A DNA stretch of 64,000 bases from Octopus sinensis. Its lineage: Eukaryota. Made by a program: the position numbers and the translations under genes. The first letter of the stretch is position 1. Each line of letters starts with the position of its first letter. Location: the NCBI RefSeq assembly GCF_006345805.1, contig NC_042999.1, forward strand, positions 6,944,001-7,008,000, written 5' to 3'. A model generated the notes under the pieces. The model was given only the letters and a program-made list of their open reading frames with translations. It was not told where the DNA came from and ran no database searches. Positions 26,701-39,458 of this stretch are shown one piece after another.

Positions 26701-26908
26701 GATAATATTTGAGACTGCGTTATGAAAACATTGAAAAGCAAGTTAGGAAAGAATGAAAATTAAAAAAAATTATGTGAAAACTCACTTTCAAGATATGGTT
26801 CTACGCGACAGACAAAATATTTCCAGTAATACCAGAAAATATATTTTGCAATATATTCGTTTATTTGAGCCTGGGGAGAAATGATGTACTAGAATACTGG
26901 AACTGATC

Positions 26909-27326
26909 AGGCGTAGGAGTGGCTGTGTGGTAAGTAGCTTGCTTACGAACCACATGGTTCCGGATTCAGTCCTACTGCGTGGCACCTTGGGCAAGTGTCT
27001 TCTACTCTAGCCTCGGGCCGACCAAAGCCTTGTGAGTGGATTTGGTAGACGGAGACGGACAGAAGCCCGTCGTATATATGTATATGTATGTGTATGTGTG
27101 TGTGTGTGTGTGTGTGTTTGTGTGTCTATGTTTGTCCCCCGACATCGCTTGACAACCGATGCTGGTGTGCTTACGTACTCGTAACTTAGCGGTTCGGTAA
27201 AAGAGAGCGGATAGAATAAGTACTAGGCTTACAATCAATAAGTCCTGGGGTCGTTATGCTCGACTTAACGCGGTGCTCCAGCATGGCCACAGTCTAATAA
27301 CTGAAACAAGTAAAAGAGTAGAAGAG
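26909..27326 (+). mobile_element. SINE family 2, full length
   Basis: AGGAGTGGCTGTGTGGTAAG A-box, GGATTCAGTCC B-box, internal (TA)(TG)n, tail CTGAAACAAGTAAAAGAG. Confidence 0.9.
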
Positions 27327-27689
27327 TGACAGGAAGAAGTATAAAAACGAATCCTTTCCCCGGATGTGATGTGTAGAAATAAAGTTTTCCATTTCCCCTT
27401 GACATTTGGAACATGTATTATCAACATCATGGAGTTGATATATTGTATAACATATCTACACTCTGTCGGTACTGATTAAAATGCGTAAACAATGTGCTAA
27501 AACCTAGAATGCAATAAATATTTACGTTCAAAATGCATTATTCTGTTCGTTTTATAAAGGCATCCGCCATTGATTGAAACAATGTTGACTCTCCCACCCT
27601 CCTTGCGACACACTAGAATAGCCCGCCCGCAACAATATATACCTCCGAACTCCTCTGTTTTTCCTTGCATTTGAGAAGAGGAAACTTAC

Positions 27690-27895
27690 CCGAAATATTG
27701 GAGGGCTATTAAAGAACCCATATAATGCAATACTATACATTTCCGCTTTGGTTTCATTTACTCCTATCATCTTATATATTTTAACTAACTTTTCACCTGC
27801 ATAGCTCACATTTTTCCAGTCGTGTAGATTATTTAGATCTTATTTCCTATCTGATCGACTCTTGCCGATGAAGATCTCCCTAAGTCCTCTCCTTT
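27690..27895 (-). CDS. Candidate host exon of an unknown protein
   Basis: Acceptor TATTCACTAG| and donor CGG|GTAAGT; 206 nt. Adding one A gives a phase-0 open 69-codon exon with NVS and NET sequons. Protein not recognised. Confidence 0.35.
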
Positions 27896-28111
27896 CTAGT
27901 GAATATAATACAAAAATAATCTTTGTTTCCACAAGTTTGGGTAATTAATGTCCACCAGACTACAATATCTCTAAACTATCATGGTTTTACAATATTTTCA
28001 ATATTTCAATAAATCTCTTTACAAAATCAATGACAACGTAAAAAGAAAAAACTCGAGTTTTTATCAGTTTTATTTTTTATAATCTGATGAAGTAGCAACA
28101 CCGTAAATAAA

Positions 28112-28440
28112 GACTGGCACTCCGTCGTTGCGACGACGAAGGTTCCTGTTGATCCGATCAACGGAACAACCTGATCTTGAAATTAACGTGTAAGTGGCCG
28201 AGCACTCCACAGAGACACGCGTACGCTTAACATCGTTCTCAGGGATATTCAGCGTGGCACAGAGTGTGACAAGGCTGCCTCTTTGTAATGCTGGTACTAT
28301 TCATTCTTCTCAGCTGAGTGGATTGGAGAAACATGAAATAAAGTGTCTTCTTAAAAGACAGAATGTTCCACCACGTATCGAACTCCCGACCTTAACGATC
28401 ACGAGTCGAATACACTAACCACTCACCCACGCACCTTCAC
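28112..28440 (-). mobile_element. tRNA-derived SINE family 4
   Basis: Head GTGAAGGTGCGTGGGTGAGTGGTTAG...GAGTTCGATAC; central CCAATCCACTCAGCTG; homologue at 63742-64000. Confidence 0.8.
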
Positions 28441-28475
28441 TTGCAACAGTAGTACTTATATAAAATATGATATAC

Positions 28476-28709
28476 AAAGGCAGCGAGCTGGCAGAACCGT
28501 TAGCACGTCGGGCGAATTGTGTAGCAGTATTTCGTCTGCCGTTACGTTCTGAGTTCAAATTCCGCCGAGGTCGACTTTGCCTTTAATCCTTTTGGGGTCG
28601 ATAAATTAAGTACCAGCTACGCACTGGGGTCGATGTAATCGACTTAATCCGTTTGTCTGTCCTTGTTTGTCCTCTCTGTGTTTAGCCCCTTGAGGGTAGT
28701 TAAGAAATA
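28476..28709 (+). mobile_element. SINE family 1 monomer, tail A
   Basis: Complete; TSD TATATAAAATATGA at 28457-28470 and 28708-28721. Confidence 0.92.
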
Positions 28710-29288
28710 TATAAAATATGACATGCTCAGGTGTTGAGCGATAATTCGAGTTGAGCCAAATGCTTGAAAGATCAAGTTGCGTTTCACCAAACATTTCAGT
28801 GCTTTACTGTTTATTAAAACATATACCGTGAGGTTCACTGGATGATAAACCATCATCTATGAATTGGACTTTAGTAGAAGTAAGATATTCTATGTGGTAG
28901 ATTCATTGTTTTTTGGTAGCAACAAAAGGATAAACCAGATCTCAGCTGAAAACCTTTGCTGTGCAAATGCATCGTCTAAAGTATCTACGATTCACGATTT
29001 CCTTGTTCCGTGGAGTCGACTTTGAGTTTTATTCTTTGTCTTGGATATCATATCAGCGTCGGAATTATGAGTCATTTTGCCTCAGAGTGAATTATGTATG
29101 ATGCTATTTTAACATTAAGGATAACGTTGGTTGACTATTATTCGAGATTTAATCCAGTGGCCTATTGTTCTTATTGTTTCGTTGACTCGCTAAAGAATCT
29201 TGAAGAGTTGAAACTCAGTCGATTCATCCGAAATCTCTGAATGTCTTGTTCGACCATGGATCCGCACATGGACATTTTGCCTCCAAGT

Positions 29289-29322
<34 letters not shown>

Positions 29323-29859
29323 GACTTACTCCTGACTACAGAACATTGGATTTAGCTGAGGACATCGGATTGCATGTATTATAACTAGAACGGTACGATA
29401 ATCTTCTTAATTATTTCCATTCCATTCCTCAAGGTGGCCATAAAACAGCAACCAGTAATATATTGAAGGAAAAATACATTTTCACTCCGATAATTAACTT
29501 TTCGCTTCGTCAAAAGCGATCAATATCTCAGTTATGGAAATTTCGAAAGGAAACCACTTAAATTTGAAATATTTATATTCTAACGCATATCCACACCTTT
29601 ATAAATATACATCAACACAAACGCTCATTACTCACAAAAGCGTATATAAAATATTTATAACAAACGTCAAAAACTGTAATTTATCAAAATCAAAATAAAA
29701 TAAAAACTAATCGATTCTATAGATTGGAATGACTAAGAGTAATATCGTTTTGAATAATGATTTACAATATATACTTTCAATAGTTAATTTATCACTATTT
29801 ATCTATTCACTGGGACGTAAAAGTTCACTAATATTTTATAAACTTTAACTCACCTCACC

Positions 29860-29895
<36 letters not shown>

Positions 29896-30427
29896 GTCGA
29901 TGGAAAACAAAAAAGATTTGAACGAACCACCGGGAGAATAGGTTTAAAATATTAGCAATATTTATGCTCTCTGTCAAACACATTAATTGTTTTGTCTGAT
30001 ACACTGTGTAATAACAATACGATAATATCTAAATGTGCCACATAGCTTTTCATTGTACAGGTTAGAATGGTCATGTTAAAAAAACTGTTGAGGGCTTCAT
30101 TGTTTGTGTTGGTTTTCACAGATGTTAAGCTGTAGTTAGCGTCTGAAAAGAAATGGTGACTCGTTGTAGAATTGATAAAGTGAAGCCATTGTGTAAGACT
30201 GAAAAGGATGTTAAACTTATACTTACAAGAATTCGTAAGCTTAGAAGGTGGAAGATCTCATTTTTCATTGATAAACATCTACATAACAATTTTTCATTGA
30301 AATGCTTATCCGAGGCATATAGACAGTTGTTTATAATAAGAAATAACTGGTCAATAAACAATGGGGTATGCATGATATCAATTACCAGACGACCACAGTA
30401 TGAAATAAAATAAGAATCGAGCAGAAA

Positions 30428-30815
30428 TCTCTATATAAAGCTGAAGTTGTCTGTGTATGGCAGGTTTGGTAGCCTTCAACTAACAATATCTCCTCCGAGA
30501 CCCTGCGGAGCATGTTGACCAAAATTGAGAGTGTGATAGAAGAAGGCTTGCTCTTCCTTCCGTAGAACAAATTCAAATCGGACCATGTTAAGACCACAAA
30601 TTATTTACATAAAAAGGTGCTTTTTTTTTTCTATGAAAATCCCTATTTTTTACGATTTTTTCACTGCTGTGTCGCCATTCTTCGGTGTATTTCAACCAGA
30701 AAAATGTTCACTTAAAGAGAATAACAAAGCTATATAATGCAGAATTTTTAATTTTCAAAAATTCCAATTCTAAAGGCTCGAAACAAACTCGAGCAACGCC
30801 GGGCGATACTGCTAG
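30428..30815 (+). mobile_element. Non-autonomous Helitron (388 bp)
   Basis: A|TCTCTATATAAAGCTG start; hairpin plus CTAG|T end; body matches 8128-8445. Confidence 0.8.
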
Positions 30816-31182
30816 TATGTAATAAGATGTTCACTGGACAGCTGGCATGCTGTCACTGGCTGCGTTCCGTATTCTAAAGGTGATTCTTCCTTAATGCTTC
30901 TTGAACTGTGGGGAACAAAACCTGTTTAACACACTAGTACGAAGGCGTTTGAATCGAAGTTTAAATACATGATATTGGAAGTCTATATATTCGTATCCTT
31001 TCACGGAGACGGGTGGTGTCCAGCTCAATTGTTGTGTCAGCACCGATTTCACTGAGGAGACAATTATTGAATTGTTCCTGTCGAAACCTTAAAGTATATA
31101 AGTAAGTGCTACGTTTATTTCTTTTCGTTTGTCTAACTCGTAAACATCTAGCGTCTTACTAAGTTGAGAACACAGATTGAGT

Positions 31183-31594
31183 GTGATAGAATGTTGTCAA
31201 CTTAATGTGACAATCCCATGAAAGGGAAGAATGCTACTGTTATTTAGCCCTAGGAAACACCGTTTCCTGTTGGACTTGACACATCTCCTGTGCCCTTATG
31301 TTTTCAAAGTGGAGACAAGCACCTCCACCCAGCAAAACCAGCATCCAGAGACTAGTTTCAGAGTCATTGCTCATCATCAGACTGGAGTAGCTTGGCTTGA
31401 TAGCTGTCGATGCTTTTGAAAACATATATATTTCAAGTGAAATACATTCACTGGTTTTTGAAAATAGAAATAATACATTTCTAAAACTCAGAGAGATTTA
31501 GGCAGCAGCATAAACGGTGTTTCCTAGGGTTAAATAACAGTAGCATTCATCCCTTTCATGGGACTGTCACATTAAGTTGACAACATACCATCAC
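31183..31594. mobile_element. Fold-back element with ~83-bp inverted arms
   Basis: 31183-31265 is the near reverse complement of 31512-31594. Confidence 0.8.
31344..31386 (-). ncRNA. Minimal type I hammerhead ribozyme motif
   Basis: TCCAG-t-CTGATGA-tGAG..CTCt-GAA-ACTAGT-C-t-CTGGA: intact CUGAUGA/GAAA core, palindromic stem III, GUC triplet. Confidence 0.65.
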
Positions 31595-32084
31595 TTTATT
31601 GTGTTGCTACTGCATAAATCTCTCTGAGAGATTTAGAGATGTATTATTACAGATTTAGTGGTAAGACGGTTTGACGTCTATTTTTAGCATACAATGGATC
31701 CACATAGGGATCTCTCATATTGTTTATATTAAAATATTTTAGCGTTAGCAATAAAAGAATATAAAAGCTTTTTGAATATCATAAACCGTAGAGCTTTTGA
31801 TACCATAAAGGGTTCTGTTTCCGCCCCTCTATTTCTGAGCTTAACTCATACGAAGGTCGGTGAAGTTTCATGGAATGGCTTGTGCACACCCACCCACAAA
31901 CACAAAACCACATACAGGCAATCCCATGGGTGTACACACACAACCACACACACACACACGTATGCGAACATACATATAAACCCTCGCACGCATACGCGAA
32001 CGTACACACACACACAGAGCAATCACCAAGCCCTCCGCTTACTCCCACTTTTCTCTCCTCTTCTAAGCAAGCATTCATCTACAC

Positions 32085-32550
32085 ACACGCACGCACGCAC
32101 ACACACACGCACGCACACACACACACATGCATGCATACACACGCACGCACACACACACACACACGCACACACACACGCACGCACACACACACACACACGC
32201 ACACACACACACGCACGCACACACACACACACGCCACACACACACACACACACACACACCACACGCACACACACACACGCACACACACACACGCACACAC
32301 ACACACACACACACACGCACGCACACACACACACACGCACACACACACACGCACACACACACACACATGCATGCACACACACACACACACGCACACACAC
32401 ACACACGCACACACACACACACGCACACACACACACGCACACACACACACACACGCACACACACACACAGGCACACACACACACGCACGCACACACACAC
32501 ACGCACACACACACACACACGCACACACACACACACGCATGCACACACAC
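32085..32550. repeat. (CA)n/(CACG) array
   Basis: Direct inspection. Confidence 0.95.
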
Positions 32551-32847
32551 AGAGCAGGCCTTGTAAACCTTGAAGCGAGAGGCGAAGTCACTTGCATCAC
32601 TGGGAATGTCGCGAATAACGACAAAAGAACATTGGTCAACAAACAACCGATTAGTTAGTTGGTAAGATATTTAACCAACAGACTAGCAGTAAAGAAGTGG
32701 AATTGAACCAGTGCGTGTGTTATTATTATTATTGACGCAATGACTCTCCCAAGATACAACAAAAAAGTACCAAATAATTGTCAGTTTAGTTGAACATAGG
32801 AAACTCTTGAAATGTCTGACTTGGGTTTAACTAAAAAAAAAAACAAA

Positions 32848-33437
32848 TATTCTACTCTAAGCACAAGGCCCGAAATTTTCTTTTTGCCGGTGGGGAGGAG
32901 CCAGTCGATTTGCGTACTGGGGCACGCAACAGTTACTTAATTTATCAACCCCGAAAGGATGAAAGGCAAAGTCAGCCTCGGCGAAATGTGAACTCAGAAC
33001 ATAAAGACAGACAAAATACCTATTTCTTTACTACCCACAAGGGGCTAAACACAGAGAGAACAAACAAGGACAAACAAACAGATTAAGTCGATTACATTGA
33101 CCCCAGTGCGTAAGTGGTACTTATTTAATCGACCCCGAAAGGATAAAAGGCAAAGTTGACCTGAGCGGAATTTGAACTCAGAACGTAACGGCAGACGAAA
33201 TACCTATTTCTTTATTACCCACAAGGGGCTAAACATAGAGGGGACTAACAAGGACAGAAATAGGTATTAAGTCGATTATATCGACCCCAGTGCGTAACTG
33301 GTACTTAATTTATCGACCCCGAAAGGATGAAAGGCAAAGTCGACCTCGGCGGAATTTGAACTCAGAACGTAACGGCAGACGAAATACCGCTAAGCATGTC
33401 ACCCGGCGTGCTAACGATTCTGCCAGCTCGCCGCCTT
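32848..33437 (-). mobile_element. SINE family 1 trimer: head, body-A, body-A, body-B
   Basis: Junction CCTATTTC at 33019 and 33203 (period 184); terminal unit carries tail B. Confidence 0.9.
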
Positions 33438-34530
33438 CAAAAACCAAATATTAAAAACAGTATTGTGGAGAGTCGCACACTTTTGACAACGAGCTGCGAT
33501 GTGGATTCACAAATGCAACTGCTGATTGTGTGGCTGAACTACGATATTAACAATGGATGGATAACAGACTCATTGCAATCGAGTAATTTTAAGTGTCATA
33601 CAGAGAGCAAGAAAATGATTTATTCGTTTTCTTTATCGTTCATCCCATGACAAGGTGTTAAGTTTATTGCATAGGAGAGCTGCTATCAGTTTTCGCTGTG
33701 TTAAACTGACCGATAAAATATTATGGTCTGCAAACTATTGTTATAATTGTTACGAGAATTAAGGTAATGTTTCGAGAGGGAAGCCATTTGGGAAAAAATA
33801 ATGCGATTGTTCCCTAAACAAAAATATCTAAATTTACGCAATATAATATGACTTCCAATCATTTTTATGGACAGCATCTAATTGATGAGAAGAAGTTTAA
33901 AAATTCCTTGCAGAGTAATTCTAGAATATTCCTGAATATGGAAGAAAATTATCGTAAGAAAAAAACAGTGAATTAAAGGTATTCTGTTAATATGCTGAGA
34001 GACGAGATATTCCGTAATAACTGAATTCCAGAAATATGATATTAACTTCGGTATAATGTTATTGTTAAAATTGTTGAGTTTATTGTCGGTGATATACAGT
34101 TTGAGGTAAGTTACTGGGAATCAAACCTGTGATCCATGTAGTGGTATCAATTTATTCACTGAGGTTATTTTTCATTCGTATTCATACTATATTCTCCAGG
34201 AAAAATCCTGAAATTCACACCGCTTAATTTCATTTTCCTTACAGCACAACGCAATTCTGTCGAACCAAAATAATGCCTTTATATCAGCTGTATCGGTCTG
34301 AGAGTGGCAGAAAAGGTGTAATAACTTGTCCCAAACGCTTCTACCTGATGTAAAGGAAAGTAAAATATTAAATGTAGCGGAACAATGGACAAATGTCAGA
34401 ATGTCATAAAAACTTTTTATTTTACTCAGATTTGATTTCGAGAATATTTCGCAGGTTTTCTCGGCAAGAAGCAAATCACAAGCAACGTACGGGTTCGATC
34501 TTTCATTAAATGCCCTTTAACTTGGCAGAT

Positions 34531-35053
34531 TCATACATACATACATACATACATACATACATACATACATACATACATACATGCATGAATATATACATAC
34601 ATACACACATACATAGATACATACATACATACATACATACATACATTCACACATACATACATACATACATACATACATACTTACATACATACATACATTC
34701 ACACATACATACATACATACATTCACACATACATACATACATACATTCACACATACATACATACATACATACATACATTCACACATACATACATACATAC
34801 ATACATTCACACATACATACATACATACATATATATATATACGCACACATACATACATATATACATGCATACATACATACATAAATACATACACACATAC
34901 ATACATACATACATACATACATACGTACATACATACATACATACGTACATACATACATACATACGTACATACATACATACATACGTACATACATACATAC
35001 ATACATACATACGTACATACATACATACATACATGCATACATGCATACATACA

Positions 35054-35101
<48 letters not shown>

Positions 35102-35299
35102 CGCACACATACATACATACATACATGCATACATACATACATAAATACATACACATACATACATACATACATACGTACATACATACATACATACATACGT
35201 ACATACATACATACATACATACGTACATACATACATACATACGTACATACATACATACATACATACGTACATACATACATACATACATACATACGTACA

Positions 35300-35335
<36 letters not shown>

Positions 35336-35775
35336 TATATATACGCACACATACATACATGCATACATGCATACATACATACATACATACATACATACAT
35401 GCATGAATATATACATACATACACACATACATAGATACATACATACATACATACATGCATACATACATATATACATACATACGTACATACATACACACAT
35501 ACATAGATGCATACATACATACATACATAAATACATACATACACACATACATAGATACATACATACATACATACGTATATGCATAAATACATTCACACAC
35601 ATACATACATATACACACATACATACATACATGCATACATACATACATACATACACACACATACATACATACATACATATATATATATATGCACATATAC
35701 ATACATACACACACATACATACATACATATATATATATATACACATACATACATACATGCATACATACTCACACT

Positions 35776-35819
<44 letters not shown>

Positions 35820-35960
35820 TATATATATATATATACACATACACCCATGCATACATAGATACATACATACATACATACATACATACATACATACATACAT
35901 ACATACATACATACATACATACATACATACATACATACATACATACATAATACATACATA
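34531..35960. repeat. 1.4-kb (CATA)n array
   Basis: Direct inspection. Confidence 0.95.
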
Positions 35961-36395
35961 TGTCCCCAGACACTGTTGTATCAAAGAATATACGCGGAAG
36001 TCCACAATTGGGTATCCTTAATAAACCGGGTTGCAATATAGGAATTCACGGATTGACAGAAGTGTTACGTATGAATCCTCAGGATCCATATCCGTCATAT
36101 TTGTATATAAGCACAGGCGGCGAGAAGCGGGGGCGGGGGAGGATGATCAGGTGTGGAGCAGTGTTGGGGAAGAAGGATTGAATTGAATACATGATTAATT
36201 AGCGCGTGCGTGGGTGGGGGTAAAGAACAGAGAGTGAGAGAGGGAGAGAGGCTGAGAGGGAGAGAGAGATGGACAAGCCTGGTGAGTTTTGTGGATTTGG
36301 TGGATGTAGCGAAGTCAGAAATGCAGAAACCGTTGTAAATATGAAAGAAGTGGAATTGTACCAGTGCATGTGTTATTATTATTATTATTATTATT

Positions 36396-36949
36396 GAGTG
36401 AGAGAGCAGTGCATGCCATCAAAGTGACACAGGGGTAAAATATACTAAGCCCAGTATACCCATCATGACTACCCGTCTGATAAGGGTACACTAGGCACCT
36501 GCATCACAACCATATGTGCGCGACATGGTAATTTCATATCAAGATAAACAGCACATGACCTTGCAGGTGGGGCCCAGTTAGAGTATTCTTCTGGTCGAGT
36601 AGCCCATCCCGCTCAAAAGGTCCCTGAATAAGGATTGTTTAAGGATGTTGAACGAACCACCCATGTTTCCAGAGGTGAATTATTCAAACCCCAAAGAATC
36701 CCTCTCAACACGTGGCTATGATGCTCCCCCACTACTTCTGCTCGTGATCAGAGATGCACATATCGTCAGCCACTAAGGGACATGCTCAAGTGGTTAAGGT
36801 CAAACAACTGACAAACAAATCTGTGGTATTGAGCAGAATATTTGCTGTAGACCATCTTTTATACCAAGACAAAACAATGTAGATGATAACACTTCCAATC
36901 AGTTAAGATCAGAAGCCATGAGAGCCACTGTCTGGTACTGCATCAGGGC

Positions 36950-36951
<2 letters not shown>
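36396..36951 (-). mobile_element. 556-bp TAA-flanked element, copy 2
   Basis: Reverse complement of 25045-25600. Confidence 0.9.
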
Positions 36952-36984
<33 letters not shown>

Positions 36985-36985
<1 letters not shown>

Positions 36986-38199
36986 TTTTTTTTTCTTCTT
37001 TCAAATTTGCTTCCATTTCTTGCCGAGTGTCTTCCCGACTCCTAGGGCAAAGAAACTCATAGTATATATTGGTAGGCTATTAAACCAAACTCAATAGTTC
37101 GTTCATTAAAAAAAAATTTTTTTTAAAGTTAAATTAAAATACATGAGCAGCAACAGTTCTCACATCGACAATGCTCTTCTCAATACGTGTGATGTACCAG
37201 TTAAGACAATCTTTTGCACTTCTTGCAGGGATGGTAAGCCAGGGATCATTCTCATATAATTTTCGGTTCCCTTCTTGATCATTCCTAGTGCTCCTACGAT
37301 CACTGGTATTGTAACCGCCTTGAGATGCCACATTTTCTCAATTTCAATGAGTAAGTCTTTATATTTTCTGATCTTGTCAAACTCTTTCGCTGAGATATTA
37401 TAATCACAGGGGATGCTCATGTCGATCAATAAGCAAACTTTATTGTTTTGGTCTTTCACAACAATATCTGGTTTATTAGCCTTGATGGTTCGGTCTGTAT
37501 GTACTGGAAAGTCCCACAGAATGGTTACATTTTCTCCTTCAGTTACAGCCTCAGGGTGGTGATTATACCACTTGTCGGCAGTGTTGATATTGTAATGCCG
37601 ACTTATTAGCCAGTGTAGATATTGGCCAACTCTGTCATGTCTTAATTTATACTCCACTGGAGCTAAGACTTTACATCCAGAGATTAGGTGGTCCACTGTT
37701 TCAATCATGTTGTTGCAGAATCGGCATTTTGGGTCTGCTCCATTTTTCATCACATTGGCCTGGTAGTTCCGAGTTAATAGGCTTTGATCTTGAGCAGCCA
37801 GGATGAAACCTTCGCTCTCTGCTTTTAGCCCTGAGCTCCGTAGCCACTGATGGGTTTGCTTCTGGTCAACATCAGCTTGTTTGCTGCGGGTCACATATTT
37901 GCCGTGCAGAGGTTTCTCCTCCCACCTATCAGCCAATTGCTCGTGCGCTTTTTTCGTTGCCATTATTTTCACCTTCTTTGCAACAATAATTGCCGTACTT
38001 CCCTCAGGTTGTTCTGTTTGGGTATCCTGCACGAGATCAATAGCAAATTTTTTGCTTTCCTTTATGATAGAATGAAGCTTCTTTCGTCTCTCGTGATTTT
38101 CCACGAGCTTTAGCATCCAGTCATTGGATATTTCGAGATATTTGGCCAGTCCAATTGTGGTTGTTTGGTAAGCTAGTTCAAATTGGATCAGGCCTCGAC
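36985..38199 (-). mobile_element. R4/Dong-like LINE, copy D (same family as B)
   Basis: Open 318-aa C-terminal ORF 37160-38116 with CCHC and PD..D..K motifs; about 6 differences per 200 bp from B in the segment compared. Confidence 0.93.
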
Positions 38200-38202
38200 T
38201 TG

Positions 38203-38250
<48 letters not shown>

Positions 38251-38290
38251 GTTATTGTTATTGTTATTGTTATTGTCGTTGTTGTTGTTG

Positions 38291-38355
<65 letters not shown>

Positions 38356-39148
38356 GACGCAATGACTCTCCCAAGATACAACAATAAAGTACTAAATACT
38401 TGTCAGTTTAGTTGACCATATGAAACTCTTGAAAGAAGAACCAGTCAGACAGTGAGTAACTTGACCAATATATCTTTTTCATTGATGTTTGGCTTGGATG
38501 TTTTTTTTTTCTGTTTAGTTATAATTCCATAACGGATTTCATCTGCAATACTCTAATGTGAGTATTATTTGAACTTTAGGGAAATCTGGATTTTGATAAG
38601 AGCTGAAATATTGGCTGACTTACATCGACTCAACTACCTGAAACTGTTATTGATTAACAAAATATTTTTAATTATTTGACCATTTCACTCGCCTTTTCAC
38701 CTAAAAGTGAATGACTGTGCTAACCCATTCTCTAAAACAGCGGACGTTACCAAGTTTAAAAAAAAACCCATCTAATACCAACTTCTTTTTTGACTATGTT
38801 TAGATAAAGTTTATAAATATTCTAGTGAAGAAATCTTTGTTCTGGAAGAGCAGGTAGAGCTACCCCCAGGGCACATAATATCTGCTGAACAATTACAGCT
38901 CCCCAGAGTCATTGAGAATGTCATACAGATACTGTAACATGTTTTATTTGTTTGCAGTATTGTGCTGAATTCTTTACGTATGTATCAATGAACTGTTTAA
39001 GTTAGCTTATCTAGTTATAAGACACTCCATCACCAGCGTTAACACCATTTTGTTCAGTAACATCTTGTATGTTGCCGTGTCAGATTCAGAAAGTGAAATA
39101 CCAATCCGGTTTGTATATTTCTAATATTGTTCCTGCTTTAACGTTACA

Positions 39149-39458
39149 GTTCTTTCGCTAGAACTGACAGTGCCATGGGAAGAGAACATCGGCAATGCAG
39201 GGGAGCGAAAGGAGAAGAGGTACGAGAAACTAATCGAAGAGTGCAGAGAACAGGGATGGAATGTCGAGTATTACCACCTGGTAGTAGGGGCTAGGGCCTT
39301 CATTGAAAGGAAAATGACAAAGTTATTCAAAAGAAGATTTGTTTTTTTTCTAGCCCCGAGCTGCGTAAACTAATAAGGAGAGTACAGGAGATGGTCGTAA
39401 AAGCCAGCTTCTATATATGGCTGAAGCGGGAAGACCGAAAATGGCTTGAAAGTCATAA
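39149..39458 (+). mobile_element. HERO-like RLE LINE C-terminal fragment
   Basis: LELTVPWEENIGNAGERKEKRYEKLIEECREQGW...VGARAF...KASFYIWLKREDRKW*. Confidence 0.75.

Noticed and set aside
29957-30100. Cys-loop (chemotactile or nicotinic) receptor from the TCTMK motif
   Set aside because: The first loop cysteine and the FPFD motif are absent.
32848-33437. CRISPR-like array
   Set aside because: The units are 184-bp SINE bodies with no unique spacers; eukaryotic context and no cas genes.
38880-39120. Degenerate RLE-LINE C-terminus on the minus strand (TLGSCN..)
   Set aside because: Too short and decayed to distinguish from chance.
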